DNA of 64,000 nucleotides from Pirellulales bacterium (GCA_963820545.1 CAWGAJ010000001.1:266396-330395); one strand, 5' to 3'; shown: positions 27,116 through 37,062, counted from the first letter of the stretch. Notes: a model not told the origin generated them from the letters alone. Translations and numbers: made by a program.

Positions 27116-27928
27116 ATGAATGACAGTCTTAACACTTGGGGACTCTTGCGAAAACTGACATGGGAAGATGTGCTGCTCGTACTGGCCATCTTGCTTCTGG
27201 CTCGTTTGTTGATATCTTTTGCGCAGTGGCTACTCCGCCACGCTGCCGAAAAAGCGCCACCGCGCCTGCGTCTGACCATCCTTCGCGTGCTGCCGATTAC
27301 CCGCCTCTCGATCAAGATCGGCGTCCTTATCGTGATTGTGCCGATCCTGGTTGAGCCGACATTTCGCAATGTCGTCGCCCTGCTTGGCAGCATCGGTCTT
27401 GCTCTGGCCTTCGCCCTGAAGGACTATGGAAGCAGTCTCGTTGCGGGAGTCGTAACGGTACTGGAAAACACCTACCAGCCGGGAGACTGGATCGAAGTGG
27501 ACGGCGCTTACGGCGAAGTGAAATCCATCGATTCGCGGGCGGTACATCTTATGACGCCCGACGATACGGAAGTGATCATCCCGCACTCCCGGCTCTGGTC
27601 GGCCAGCATTTTCAATGCCAGCAGCGGCAACCGAAGTCTCCTTTGCGTGGCGGATTTCTATCTCCACCCCGACCACGAGGCTTTCGCGGTGCGGCGGCGG
27701 CTGACGGAAGTTGCCGTTTCCAGCTCGTACCGCAAACCGGATACGCCGGTTACGGTGATCGTCCTGGAAAAACCTTGGGGCACACACTACCGCGTGAAGG
27801 CCTACGTCAAAGAAAGCCGCGAACAGTTCCTTTTGATTACTGACTTGACGATCCGGGGCAAAGAGGCGCTTCGGGCGATGGATATCCAATTTGCACAAGC
27901 GCCTTTTGCAGAAATCGGAAAAATCTAA
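27116..27928 (+). CDS. small-conductance mechanosensitive channel (MscS family)
   Basis: 270 aa; TM helices then LALAFALKDYGSSLVAGVVTVLENTYQPGDWIEVDGAYGEVKSIDSRAVHLMTPD, the MscS beta-domain pattern. Confidence 0.75.
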   Translation: MNDSLNTWGLLRKLTWEDVLLVLAILLLARLLISFAQWLLRHAAEKAPPRLRLTILRVLPITRLSIKIGVLIVIVPILVEPTFRNVVALLGSIGLALAFALKDYGSSLVAGVVTVLENTYQPGDWIEVDGAYGEVKSIDSRAVHLMTPDDTEVIIPHSRLWSASIFNASSGNRSLLCVADFYLHPDHEAFAVRRRLTEVAVSSSYRKPDTPVTVIVLEKPWGTHYRVKAYVKESREQFLLITDLTIRGKEALRAMDIQFAQAPFAEIGKI

Positions 27929-28083
27929 AGCGATATGGCCTACAGGCCATGATTCTTGGAAGGAATAAGAAATGAATCCATACATATTTTGGAGAGATTT
28001 CTATTCCGTATGCTGGTCCATCGAATTTTAGCTCTTTCTATTGTGGCTGCAACTCGTGAAATAAAAGCAGGTTATGAACTAAA

Positions 28084-28191
28084 GGTGTCAGGAACCGTTT
28101 TTAACTACAACTCGGCTGATTCTGACAAAAAAACGGTTCCTGACACCTTTATTCACCTCGGCTGATTCTGACAAAAAAACGGTTCCTGACA
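28084..28191. repeat. long hairpin with tandemly duplicated right arm (terminator-like) between convergent genes
   Basis: GGTGTCAGGAACCGTTTTT (28084..28102) pairs with AAAAACGGTTCCTGACACC at 28128..28146 and again at 28173..28191; the 46-bp unit is duplicated. Confidence 0.6.
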
Positions 28192-28278
28192 CCTTTATTC
28201 ACCTCTTTATTCACCTTTATTCTCATTGGATTTGCATGACTTGCTATCCTTTCCTATGTATATGCCTCCTCAGTAGTT

Positions 28279-29199
28279 TCATGGCCTCTTGCTTATTTTC
28301 CACTCTTCGATCCATTTTTGATCTTCCTCAGACAATTTATCTAATGGTACTTGAACCGAGGAACCGTCCCGTTTTGTCAACGTTGCTTTGCCAAACGCTA
28401 TTCCGCTGAATTTTGCTTCGGTTTTGAATTTACCTGTTGAGTTGGTCCACACCCTAAACTCGGCGTGGGTCGCCTTGGGTTCGGGGACTGGTTCCGTGGA
28501 TGGTGTTAAGGTTGTTTTCTTCGGTATGGGTGTTGTTGATGGACGATTGCCAAACGGTTCTATCATATCCCCGTTCCGTAAGTAAAAGAATTGTTCATTC
28601 CCCGTATTTCTGTTTCGTTCGTACTGTGCAACCTGTGCTTCTACCTGTTCATCACTCATGGGTATACTTGGCGGGATTCGGTCTCGGTTGTCCCAAAAGC
28701 CAATCATGCAGAAATCATCGTTGCCACCAAGTTCCACTATTGCCTGTTCATAGACATTCGGATCATATTTATATTGGGGATCAATCCATACTAATTGGAA
28801 TTTCCCCTGATTTCGCACTTTTTGATAGTGCTTTGGTTCCGATGATAAATCCGTCTTTGCTTGTTGCGGATTAGGTTTGGTTTGTATGCTTACATTGGCC
28901 GTTGACTGGTAGCGGTTCGTTTGATTGCTAGTAACTTTTAAAATACCAGCGAAGAAAATAACAAGGCAAACAATGCAAACAACGGGTAAGGCAAGTCTTG
29001 CAAGAAGATTGCCGGAATAGCCGCAGGTTTGACAACGCCAACCACCAATCCTGATAGAAGCTAGAATCCACACGGGAAGCCAAAAGCCACAAAGGAAAAG
29101 CGTAACCAATGCGTGGGCAAGATGATTCGTACCCGGCCGTGCATGTAGAGTGTGCTTATTACATCTTCTACAAAACTTGCTTGTTTGATCCTGTGCCAT
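28279..29199 (-). CDS. membrane protein with N-terminal zinc ribbon and C-terminal SHD1-like domain
   Basis: CRRCNKH..CQTCGY; TM helices; C-terminal WTNSTGKFKTEAKFSG..KRDGSSVQVPLDKLSEEDQKWI resembles the N-terminus of the island nuclease. Confidence 0.55.
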   Translation of the reverse strand: MAQDQTSKFCRRCNKHTLHARPGTNHLAHALVTLFLCGFWLPVWILASIRIGGWRCQTCGYSGNLLARLALPVVCIVCLVIFFAGILKVTSNQTNRYQSTANVSIQTKPNPQQAKTDLSSEPKHYQKVRNQGKFQLVWIDPQYKYDPNVYEQAIVELGGNDDFCMIGFWDNRDRIPPSIPMSDEQVEAQVAQYERNRNTGNEQFFYLRNGDMIEPFGNRPSTTPIPKKTTLTPSTEPVPEPKATHAEFRVWTNSTGKFKTEAKFSGIAFGKATLTKRDGSSVQVPLDKLSEEDQKWIEEWKISKRP

Positions 29200-29386
29200 G
29201 ACTACCCCCGAGTAACAGATAAGCTATACTGTAGATTTTCTGTTATGATAATTGGTTTGTCAAGCACTCCCTTTTAACCACTTCCGCATAAAATTAGCAA
29301 CTTTTTTCAGCCGATCATCGGATATTTTTTCTTCGATCAAAGATGCTTAGATTCAAAGTAAATTGAATCTTGTGTCTTGCTGGTTG

Positions 29387-29752
29387 TTAAATTTTTTTCT
29401 TCTTCCCACTACTGCTAAGATTTTCAAAAAAGCGATAGATTTCTTCAAACGTAGAATTCCGATCAAATCGTTTTAGGCTCTTTCCGTGGGTTGTTTTCTC
29501 ACGGACCACAATCCCGCCCTTGTGGTCATAGGTCAAAGCATACCGATGACCATTAAAGTTTGCCCATGCCATGTTCGCTGTTTTACCAATGCGTTGATAA
29601 ACTTGCAAAGAATTAGTGTCTATGTGGGCCATTGCCGCCGCATAAACTTTTGGATATACCTCAAACATATCTCCGGCATGATCCCCGGCGTTTTTGTATA
29701 AACCCCGTAAGTATTCTCCTGCTTCACAAATTGTAGTAATTGAACGAGCCAT
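29387..29752 (-). CDS. hypothetical protein
   Basis: 121-aa ORF in an AT-rich block. Confidence 0.4.
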   Translation of the reverse strand: MARSITTICEAGEYLRGLYKNAGDHAGDMFEVYPKVYAAAMAHIDTNSLQVYQRIGKTANMAWANFNGHRYALTYDHKGGIVVREKTTHGKSLKRFDRNSTFEEIYRFFENLSSSGKKKKI

Positions 29753-29800
29753 TTTTTAGCCCTCCAATATGCAGATTAACTAATTGAGTCAAGATTTGTA

Positions 29801-30106
29801 TTATGGAATTTCCAAATTCTTTTGCATCCACTTGGCAAGGAGTATAGCGTCATCCGATGAAAGATTGAGTTTTTCAACGTATCGGCTGTAATGGTCGTTT
29901 GGGCGACATACACAGAACCTTCCTGTTTGCATTACACATAACAAGAGTAGATCAGTGTCAGTATTCCAGTATGTACCGAGAGAGGTTCCTTGTAAACGGT
30001 TAATCACCATATCAAGTCCTGTACCGTTTCCTAGGTCGTCAACCGTGCCAATAAATACTGTTTCCATAGCTTTTCTTCCTGGCATATTCTTTTCTCCTGT
30101 GAACAA
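29801..30106 (-). CDS. hypothetical protein
   Basis: 101-aa ORF in an AT-rich block. Confidence 0.4.
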   Translation of the reverse strand: MFTGEKNMPGRKAMETVFIGTVDDLGNGTGLDMVINRLQGTSLGTYWNTDTDLLLLCVMQTGRFCVCRPNDHYSRYVEKLNLSSDDAILLAKWMQKNLEIP

Positions 30107-30191
30107 AAGGCCGCCGCTTGACTTCCCCTGTCGGCTGATTAAGATGTACTTACGACACCTGCCGACACCTCTACGAATTTAAGTAAGTCAG

Positions 30192-30265
30192 CATCCCCGA
30201 CAGGATTCGAACCTGTAACCTTCGGCTCCGGAGGCCGACGCTCTATCCGATTGGGCTACGGGGAC
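30192..30265 (-). tRNA. tRNA-Arg (anticodon CCG)
   Basis: reverse complement reads GTCCCCG-TA-GCCC..-TCGGC-CTCCGGA-GCCGA-AGGTT-ACAGG-TTCGAAT-CCTGT-CGGGGAT-G. Confidence 0.85.
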
Positions 30266-30779
30266 GTGAATTTTCTACTGCCGTCCATATTATTTTTGTT
30301 TTGATGGACAACAGGCTCTGGCTGTAAATTTGCCCAGCACAACTGAATAACGCTACCGTTATTAATCTTTTATGTTGGGCTTAGGCGACTAAAAACAGAA
30401 TATACCAGAACCCTTTATTACATCAATGGCAAGGCCAAGGCTGAAAGGGCAAAACTCTTGGCAACTTATTGTCAGTCAAGGGCTTTCGATGTTGAGGCGA
30501 TAAGATCCAAACTCGCGATCTAAAGAGTCTCATTTTCTTCAAGAGGCGGCCCTTTTGAATTCACTCTTTAATGCCCATTGAAAGCCGGCCGCTCCCTGAT
30601 TTTCAAGACTCTTTCGACGCCCCCCGATCTGTTTTCCGACTGATTGAATGGCCTTTATTGCGGACTTATAATAATTGCTATCGCACGCGGGGAGTATCTA
30701 TCAATTTAGACCAAGGGGACCGCCTCACTGTTTTCGCGTGATTTTTTACTTGAACCTCTTACCATAGGGAGTTGCAGCC

Positions 30780-32776
30780 ATGACAGTTTTAACATTCTTG
30801 CTGGGCCATTTGTATTATAGTCTTTTAGTGGGCCTTGTTGCCTTTGTCGTGATTCTGGTATTGCCATCCATCAGGATTATCGGTCCGATTGAGATTGGGC
30901 TGATCACAAAGCGATTCGCATGGAAAAAACTTCCGGATGACAACCCGATCGCCTTCCAAGGCGAAGCCGGCTATCAGGCCGATCTTTTGATGCCGGGCTG
31001 GCATTTCAAGTGCTGGGTGGTGTATGCGGTGGAAAAGCATCCTTGGGTTCAGGTGCGGGCCGGGGAGATCGGAGTGGTCGTGGCCCAGGTGGGCCGAGCG
31101 CTACCGATCGGCGCCAAGTCGGCCGAGTCGCTGAGCGAATTGAACCTGATCACCGATCTGCCGCGTGGCTCAAGGCCGGCGGACAAAAGGGCGTGCAGCG
31201 TCCGGTTTTGCCGCCCGGCAGTCTGATGCCGGTGCATCCGGTCGGTTTTCTGGTGATTACCCGCCAGCGCGTATACGGACTTCCCGTGGCACAGGAGTTT
31301 CAGCGCTTGCAGACCCACGGCAAGTTCACGTATCAGTCGTTTGGATTAGAAGAAGACCAGTTGCTGGTTAAGGTGCTCACGCCGCGCTCGACCGACGGCA
31401 AGGGGATTGTCGATACCTGCGGCATCGTCACGACGTTGGAAGGCCAGCCATTGCCGGCAGGGTCCATTGCCTGCCGACTGAGCGAGTTCGAAGACATCAA
31501 GCGCCTGGAAAGCGAAAACGCCACCGATCCAATCCTCATCGAGGCCTTGATCGGAGCGAAGTCTGTTGAGCACAACAACTACCAGGACTTCGACGCGTTC
31601 TTAAAGGCCGGCGGCAAGATCGGACTGCAGCACGACCCGCTGCTTTATGGAGCATACCTGCTCAATCCGTTCCTGGTACAGGTCGAGGAAGTGCCCATGC
31701 TAGTGGTCAAGCAAGGCGAGGTGGCGGTCATCAAGGCCTACGTGGGCCTGCCGACCCAAGACACCTCGGGCGCCGCTTTCAAGTTCGGCTCGATCGTCCG
31801 GCCGGGCCATCGCGGAATATGGCAGGAACCGCTCAGGACCGGCAAGTATGCCATCAACCCCCGCTGCTACGAGGCCGAGCACGTGCCCACGGCCATTCTC
31901 AGCCTCAACTGGTCCGAGGCGGTAAGCGCGGCCCACAAACTCGACGAGCGCCTCTCGCAGATCGAAGCCAAGAGCCGGGAAGGCTTTGTGTTCAAGATCG
32001 AACTGGTCGTGCAGATCCACGTGCCCGACACCACTGCCCCGCGCGTGATCAGCATGGTCGGCACGATTGCCAACCTGGTCAACGAGGTGTTGCAAGCGGC
32101 CGTGGGCAATCATTTCCGCGATAAACTGCAAAGCATGCCGGCAATCAAGTTTATCGAAACCCGCCAGCAGGTGCAGGAAAGCGCGCTGGAGCACATCCGC
32201 ACTCAACTAAACCAGTACGAAGTGGAAACCCGCGGCGTATTTATCCAGGACGTGGTCCTGCCCGAAGCCTTGGTCCAGGTTCTCACGCAACGCGAGATCG
32301 CCAACCAGGAGAAGGCAACCTACAAGATGCAGCAGGAAGCCCAGCAATTACGCATCGACATGGAGAAAACCAAAGGCACGGCCGACATGCAGGCCCAGTT
32401 GGCCCAGGCCCAGGTGGGCGTGGAGATCGCCACGCAAACGGCCCAGGCCCGCAAAAAACAGGCCGATGGCGAGGCGACCTACATCGCCGAAACAGGCCGC
32501 GCCAAAGGGGCCGAGGTCGAGGCCGTGGGCCTGGCCCGCGCCAAAGGTTTCGAGGCCCAGGTCCGCGCACTAGGTCAGGGGCCGACGGCGGTCATCAACG
32601 TCACCACCGCCTTGGCCGAACGCGGCATGAAAATCGTGCCCGAGATCCTGGCCGTGGGCGGCGGCGCCACCCTGAACGGCGTGGGGGCATCGCTGATGAA
32701 ATATCTGACTGACCAGATGTCCTCCCCGGCCAGCCCCAGCGCCCCGCCTACGCCCGCTGCCAAAGAAATAAAGTAG
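30780..32776 (+). CDS. flotillin / SPFH (band-7) family protein, apparent frameshift near 31160
   Basis: N-terminal TM helix plus the start of an SPFH domain in ORF 30780..31226, continued in ORF 31010..32776 with a long coiled-coil EAQQLRIDMEKTKGTADMQAQLAQAQ typical of flotillins. Confidence 0.65.
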
Positions 32777-32861
32777 GTAAGTAGTAGTAGGTTATACTTT
32801 AGCATAATTTTTTTGCAAACACGATATTTTTATGCTGCAGCATAACCTACAGAACTATAGT

Positions 32862-32890
32862 TTGACATGATTTTTTGACATTAGTATAAT
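32862..32890 (+). promoter_or_regulatory. near-consensus sigma70 promoter
   Basis: TTGACA, 17-nt spacer, TATAAT. Confidence 0.55.
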
Positions 32891-32941
32891 GGTGGTCTAT
32901 TATTCATTAAGGAATTTAACAACGATTCAGAGGGAGTATAT

Positions 32942-33085
32942 ATGTTAAAGAAAGCATTTCTGGATTACATCGGCTATCCGAGCAATTGGTACGTTTACGT
33001 GTCGGCCATTGGCTGGACCGCGTGGGTTATCTTCATGGTCGGGTATATCATCTGCACCAACCTACCCGCCGCGCCGGTTAAGTAA
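32942..33085 (+). CDS. small hydrophobic peptide (47 aa)
   Basis: ORF MLKKAFLDYIGYPSNWYVYVSAIGWTAWVIFMVGYIICTNLPAAPVK with GAGGGAG RBS 7 nt upstream; about 50 nt downstream of the consensus promoter; AT-rich. Confidence 0.35.
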   Translation: MLKKAFLDYIGYPSNWYVYVSAIGWTAWVIFMVGYIICTNLPAAPVK

Positions 33086-33362
33086 TTTTCCGGTCAAATA
33101 ATTTTAAAGCCGACATCAAAATAAATTAATTCGCGCGGATGCCACGGGCTGCTTGCCAGCCCGTGCCGACGAAGGAAAATCGAACAAGCGATGCACTGGC
33201 CGACAAGACAGGAGCCAACGGGCATCATGCGTAGCATGGTCGGCATGGTCGGTTGAACACCGATAGTTGGTCGTGCCACCCTTCGTCGGCTTTTAATCCC
33301 CAATCCCTTATCTAAAAAACCAGCCCCGCCGCAACTCTTTGCTACAGCGGGGCTTTGCAGTG

Positions 33363-33437
33363 TCGGGGCGACAAGATTCGAACTTGCGACCTTCTGAACC
33401 CCATTCAGACGCGCTAGCCAGACTGCGCCACGCCCCG
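33363..33437 (-). tRNA. tRNA-Pro (anticodon GGG)
   Basis: reverse complement reads CGGGGCG-TG-GCGC..GCGC-G-TCTGA-ATGGGGT-TCAGA-AGGTC-GCAAG-TTCGAAT-CTTGT-CGCCCCG-A. Confidence 0.85.
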
Positions 33438-33484
33438 AATTGGGTATGGGCTCATTATATCCCGTGACCACAAGTATGACAAAT

Positions 33485-33510
33485 CAAGGCCGATTTTGCA
33501 ACGGCCTTTT
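33485..33510 (+). terminator. rho-independent-terminator-like hairpin
   Basis: GGCCG-ATTTTGCAA-CGGCC followed by TTTTT. Confidence 0.35.
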
Positions 33511-33530
33511 TATGGAGACTGTAGACTCTA

Positions 33531-33649
33531 CTTTTCTTGGTGGGACTTCGGTCGCGGATTATATGCTCGCCATCGTACAGGCTGTAAATTACATATTTAT
33601 CAGTTTGCGTGGATCCACCAACAACTTGCGCGACCTTGTCCCACCCTAC
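33531..33649 (+). ncRNA. candidate structured RNA / repeat element, copy 2 (homologue of 1154..1271 on the opposite strand)
   Basis: TTTTCTTGGTGGGACTTCGGTCGC...GCGACCTTGTCCCACCCTAC; about 85% identity to copy 1 with a compensatory swap (TGAAAATTTCA versus TGTAAATTACA). Confidence 0.35.
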
Positions 33650-33768
33650 TATGAGATATAGGCTGTAGGAGGGAGACTGGAGGGCGGAGGCCGGAGGTAG
33701 TAGACTGAACACTGTTAAATGTAAAGTGATTACTCCACTGAACTACTTTAACCGCAGAAACTTAGATT

Positions 33769-34692
33769 ATGGATTCATTTATTGATCGGCTGGATGCCGC
33801 CGTCAGGCGTTTGAAAAATCCGGTGCTAGTGGGACTAGACCCGCGGATCGAATCACTGCCACCCCAGTTTCTGCCCGCCGTGGAGGCAAATAATCCGGCC
33901 CAGCAGGCCCAGGCGTATAAACATTTCTGCAAAGGGGTGCTTGATGTTGTGGCCCCGCTGGTCCCGGCGGTTAAGCCGCAAGCGGCCTTTTTCGAGCAGC
34001 TCGGCCCCAGCGGGATGCAAGCCCTAGCCGACACAATCGCTTACGCCCGGGAAAAAGGATTGCTCGTAATTCTGGACGGCAAGCGCAACGACATCGGCTC
34101 TACTGCCACGGCTTATGCCCAAGGTTATTTAGGCGTCGGCGCACAAAGCCCCTGGGGCGCTGATGCCTTGACCGTAAGTCCTTATCTTGGGGAAGACAGC
34201 CTGCAACCGTTTATCGACGTGGCCCGAGAGCGAGCGGCCGGGATATTTGTGTTGGTCAAAACCTCTAACCCGGGCGGCGGCATGATTCAGGATTTGGTGG
34301 CCGACGGCCGGCCGATATTTTCCCACGTGGCCGAATACGTGGAGCGAATGGCGCGGCAGACCAAGGGCCAGTGCGGTTATGGGATTGTCGGAGCGGTAGT
34401 TGGCGCGACTTATCCGCGGCAGTTAAGCGAACTGCGCACGGCCATGCCGCATACTTGGTTTCTGGTGCCCGGCTACGGCGCCCAAGGCGGATCGGCCGCC
34501 GACGCGGCCGGTGCCTTCGATGCCCAAGGAGGAGGCGCGATTATTAACAACTCTCGGGGCATTATCTTCGCCCATGCCATCAAACCGTACTCAGAACGGT
34601 TCGGCCCTTCACGTTGGCAAGAAGCCGTGGAAGCGGCTACACGCGATATGATTGCCAATCTTTGCGCGGAAACCCCGGCCGGAAGCTTATAG
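33769..34692 (+). CDS. pyrF: orotidine-5'-phosphate decarboxylase (type 2, long form)
   Basis: VGLDP..; ILDGKRNDIGSTA; FVLVKTSNPGG; a 307-aa type-2 OMP decarboxylase pattern. Confidence 0.8.
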   Translation: MDSFIDRLDAAVRRLKNPVLVGLDPRIESLPPQFLPAVEANNPAQQAQAYKHFCKGVLDVVAPLVPAVKPQAAFFEQLGPSGMQALADTIAYAREKGLLVILDGKRNDIGSTATAYAQGYLGVGAQSPWGADALTVSPYLGEDSLQPFIDVARERAAGIFVLVKTSNPGGGMIQDLVADGRPIFSHVAEYVERMARQTKGQCGYGIVGAVVGATYPRQLSELRTAMPHTWFLVPGYGAQGGSAADAAGAFDAQGGGAIINNSRGIIFAHAIKPYSERFGPSRWQEAVEAATRDMIANLCAETPAGSL

Positions 34693-34974
34693 TTAGTTTT
34701 TCCTCCTCCGGGTTATTATCCTCGACACCATATTGGTATAGCTAATCGTCTTATGCCGGCAATTGGCAAGTTTATTTACAGGATTAAGCAAGCCCGCACT
34801 ATTGACAATCTCATCCACAACCATTAAATTGATATCGCTTTGCTAATCAAAGAATACTCCGTTCATCAACATCGTTTTTGGCTGTATTTTCTGCCGCATT
34901 ATTTGCATCTGGTGTGTTTGATAGGGCCAATTTGTAATTATCTCGGAAATAGTTTTTGTGGATAAACACTTAAT

Positions 34975-35904
34975 ATGAGGCGTTCGGCGTTTACGCTGGT
35001 TGAATTGCTGGTGGTGATTGCCATTATCGGCGTCTTAATCGCGCTGTTGTTGCCGGCTGTTCAGGCGGCCCGCGAGGTGGCCCGGCGCATGCACTGCTCC
35101 AATAATTTGAAGCAAATAGGCATGGCCATAGACAACTATGAGACGGTCAATAAAAAATTCCCGCCAGGGCGCAAAGGATGCGACGGGATTACAGATACGA
35201 GTACCAAAAATTCTGTTTCCTGTGCGTCTGATCCGGCAACAAAACGTCTGGGTTACAGCACTTTTGTTTTTATACTGCCCTACATGGAGCTACCGGGACT
35301 TTACAAAAACTTCGACTTGGACACGCTATGGATTACTGCTATTCCCTTGGATCCAAACAGCAAAAACGGCCGTGCTGTACAGCAGCGCCCGCAAGAATTT
35401 GTTTGTCCATCGGATTTATCGCCGGCATTATCCAGCCTCCATGGCGCCGATAATGACGATGCCGGCTTAGGCGCCACCGGAAGCTATGCGATGGTTTCCG
35501 GGACCCAGGGGCCGCCGGGTCACCCGTGGCAAATTAAAATCGACAACGATGGTCCTTTTATTTATAAAAAACAGTTTTCGCGCAAAGACATTGGCGACGG
35601 CGTTTCACATACCGTTTTTGTAGGCGAATTGAGAGACGGAATGTGCAAGTGGTCTGCGGGCCAGCGACATTCATCTCTGCGATCCACCGTCAATCCAATC
35701 AATACGCCTAAGGGGAAAGGCAGTGTGGATGATACCGATCCTAATAATATAATGAATGGCGCATTCGGAAGCCTGCACAAAGGCGGCGCTAATTTCGCCT
35801 TTGGCGATGGTCATGTGACTTATATCACTGATGAAATCGCCACGGCTGTTTATAGAGCCCTTGTCACACGCGCGGGAAAAGAAATACTCAGTATAGAATA
35901 TTAA
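34975..35904 (+). CDS. DUF1559 / H-X9-DG protein with prepilin-type N-terminal methylation motif
   Basis: FTLVELLVVIAIIGVLIALLLPAVQAAREVARRMHCSNNLKQIGMAIDNY, then a C-terminal HKGGANFAFGDGHV (H-X9-DG). Confidence 0.85.
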   Translation: MRRSAFTLVELLVVIAIIGVLIALLLPAVQAAREVARRMHCSNNLKQIGMAIDNYETVNKKFPPGRKGCDGITDTSTKNSVSCASDPATKRLGYSTFVFILPYMELPGLYKNFDLDTLWITAIPLDPNSKNGRAVQQRPQEFVCPSDLSPALSSLHGADNDDAGLGATGSYAMVSGTQGPPGHPWQIKIDNDGPFIYKKQFSRKDIGDGVSHTVFVGELRDGMCKWSAGQRHSSLRSTVNPINTPKGKGSVDDTDPNNIMNGAFGSLHKGGANFAFGDGHVTYITDEIATAVYRALVTRAGKEILSIEY

Positions 35905-35907
35905 AAA

Positions 35908-36360
35908 ATGAGGTTTATATTGATGAACCATTTACGCCGTATCAATATCTGTTGGTGCTTTCTCATCGTTTTTTCATTTTTCTGCATTAGCGGTTGCGGA
36001 GACGGCTTGCCGCGACGCGTGCCTGTTTCGGGCCGGGTCCTTATCGACGGCAAACCCTTGGAATACGGCACCGTGCAAGTTTTCCCCAATGGTCAACGGA
36101 TGGCATACGGCACAATTGGCCCGGAAGGAAAGTTCACACTTACCACCTTTACCGAAAACGATGGCTGCATGTTGGGTAAACATCCTGTTGCAATACTTGC
36201 CTATACAAGTATTGGTTCGAATAAAATCCAATGGTTCGCTCCAAAAAAATACACCGCCCCGGCCACTTCCGGCTTGGAGATCGACGTTCCCGGTCCGCGC
36301 GACGACGTGGAAATCAATCTGACCTGGGACGGCGGCAAGCCCTATACCGAACAAAACTAA
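35908..36360 (+). CDS. lipoprotein (commonly partnered with DUF1559 genes)
   Basis: lipobox FCISGC; GRVLIDGKPLEYGTVQVFP carboxypeptidase-regulatory-like beta domain. Confidence 0.55.
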   Translation: MRFILMNHLRRINICWCFLIVFSFFCISGCGDGLPRRVPVSGRVLIDGKPLEYGTVQVFPNGQRMAYGTIGPEGKFTLTTFTENDGCMLGKHPVAILAYTSIGSNKIQWFAPKKYTAPATSGLEIDVPGPRDDVEINLTWDGGKPYTEQN

Positions 36361-36458
36361 AGAATTTCGGGAAAAAAGAAATCACGATTCAAGCTCATTC
36401 TGAGTCTCCCAATGGCGGAAAGAAGCTCCTGACTTCGGCGGACTCAGGCTGACACGAT

Positions 36459-36920
36459 CTACTTTTCTTCGCCCGAGCCGAGCCAGCGGCGCAGGGTGGG
36501 TTCGTAAACGTGTATTTCGCCGGGGGTGAAGAAAATATCTATTTCCCGACGCGCCGCTTCTGGCCCATCGGCGGCGTGGACGAGATTCATCTGTTGGCTG
36601 GTGCTGAAGTCGCCGCGGATCGTGCCCGGCTGGGCCCGTAAACCGTGTGTTGCCCCCACCATTTCGCGGACCACGCGGATCGCCTCCGGGCCCTCGACGA
36701 TCATCGCCACCACGGGCGAGGCGGTAATAAAGGCCTCCAGTTGCGCATACCAATCCTTTTTCACGTGTTCGGCGTAGTGACGTCGGGCTAATTCAGGTGT
36801 AACCTGCATCAGCTTCATGGCGATAATGTTATAGCCTTTCTCTTCAAAGCAACTAATCACGCGGCCCATCAGCCGCCGTTGGACGCAATCGGGCTTTAGC
36901 AGTACCAAGGTCCGCTCCAT
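36459..36920 (-). CDS. ndk: nucleoside-diphosphate kinase
   Basis: MERTLVLLKPDCVQRRLMGRVISCFEEKGYNIIAMKL...NLVHAADG, an Ndk fold with catalytic His. Confidence 0.85.
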   Translation of the reverse strand: MERTLVLLKPDCVQRRLMGRVISCFEEKGYNIIAMKLMQVTPELARRHYAEHVKKDWYAQLEAFITASPVVAMIVEGPEAIRVVREMVGATHGLRAQPGTIRGDFSTSQQMNLVHAADGPEAARREIDIFFTPGEIHVYEPTLRRWLGSGEEK

Positions 36921-36957
36921 GATAGTGTTCCTGATTAGAGATTAAGGGATAGGGGCG

Positions 36958-37062
36958 AGTATATTCCGTTTAGCCCGGGCACTCGTGCCCGGTGTTTGTT
37001 GGGCATAAAGCTGCGACGGGCACCAACCGAAGGTTGGTCGGTCGCGGTGCGGTTGAGGCCGT
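36958..37062. repeat. REP-like dispersed repeat (GTTTAGCC...GGGCACC..CCGAAGGTTGGTCGG family)
   Basis: shares blocks with 57139..57300, 33225..33270 and 53170..53205. Confidence 0.5.

Noticed and set aside
27930-28280. A duplicated tRNA-Arg 3' fragment marking the far end of the AT-rich block
   Set aside because: No match to the tRNA-Arg 3' half was found by eye in this interval. The island boundary is left undefined.
33094-33471. 125-aa minus-strand ORF
   Set aside because: Runs through tRNA-Pro and the REP-like structured region.
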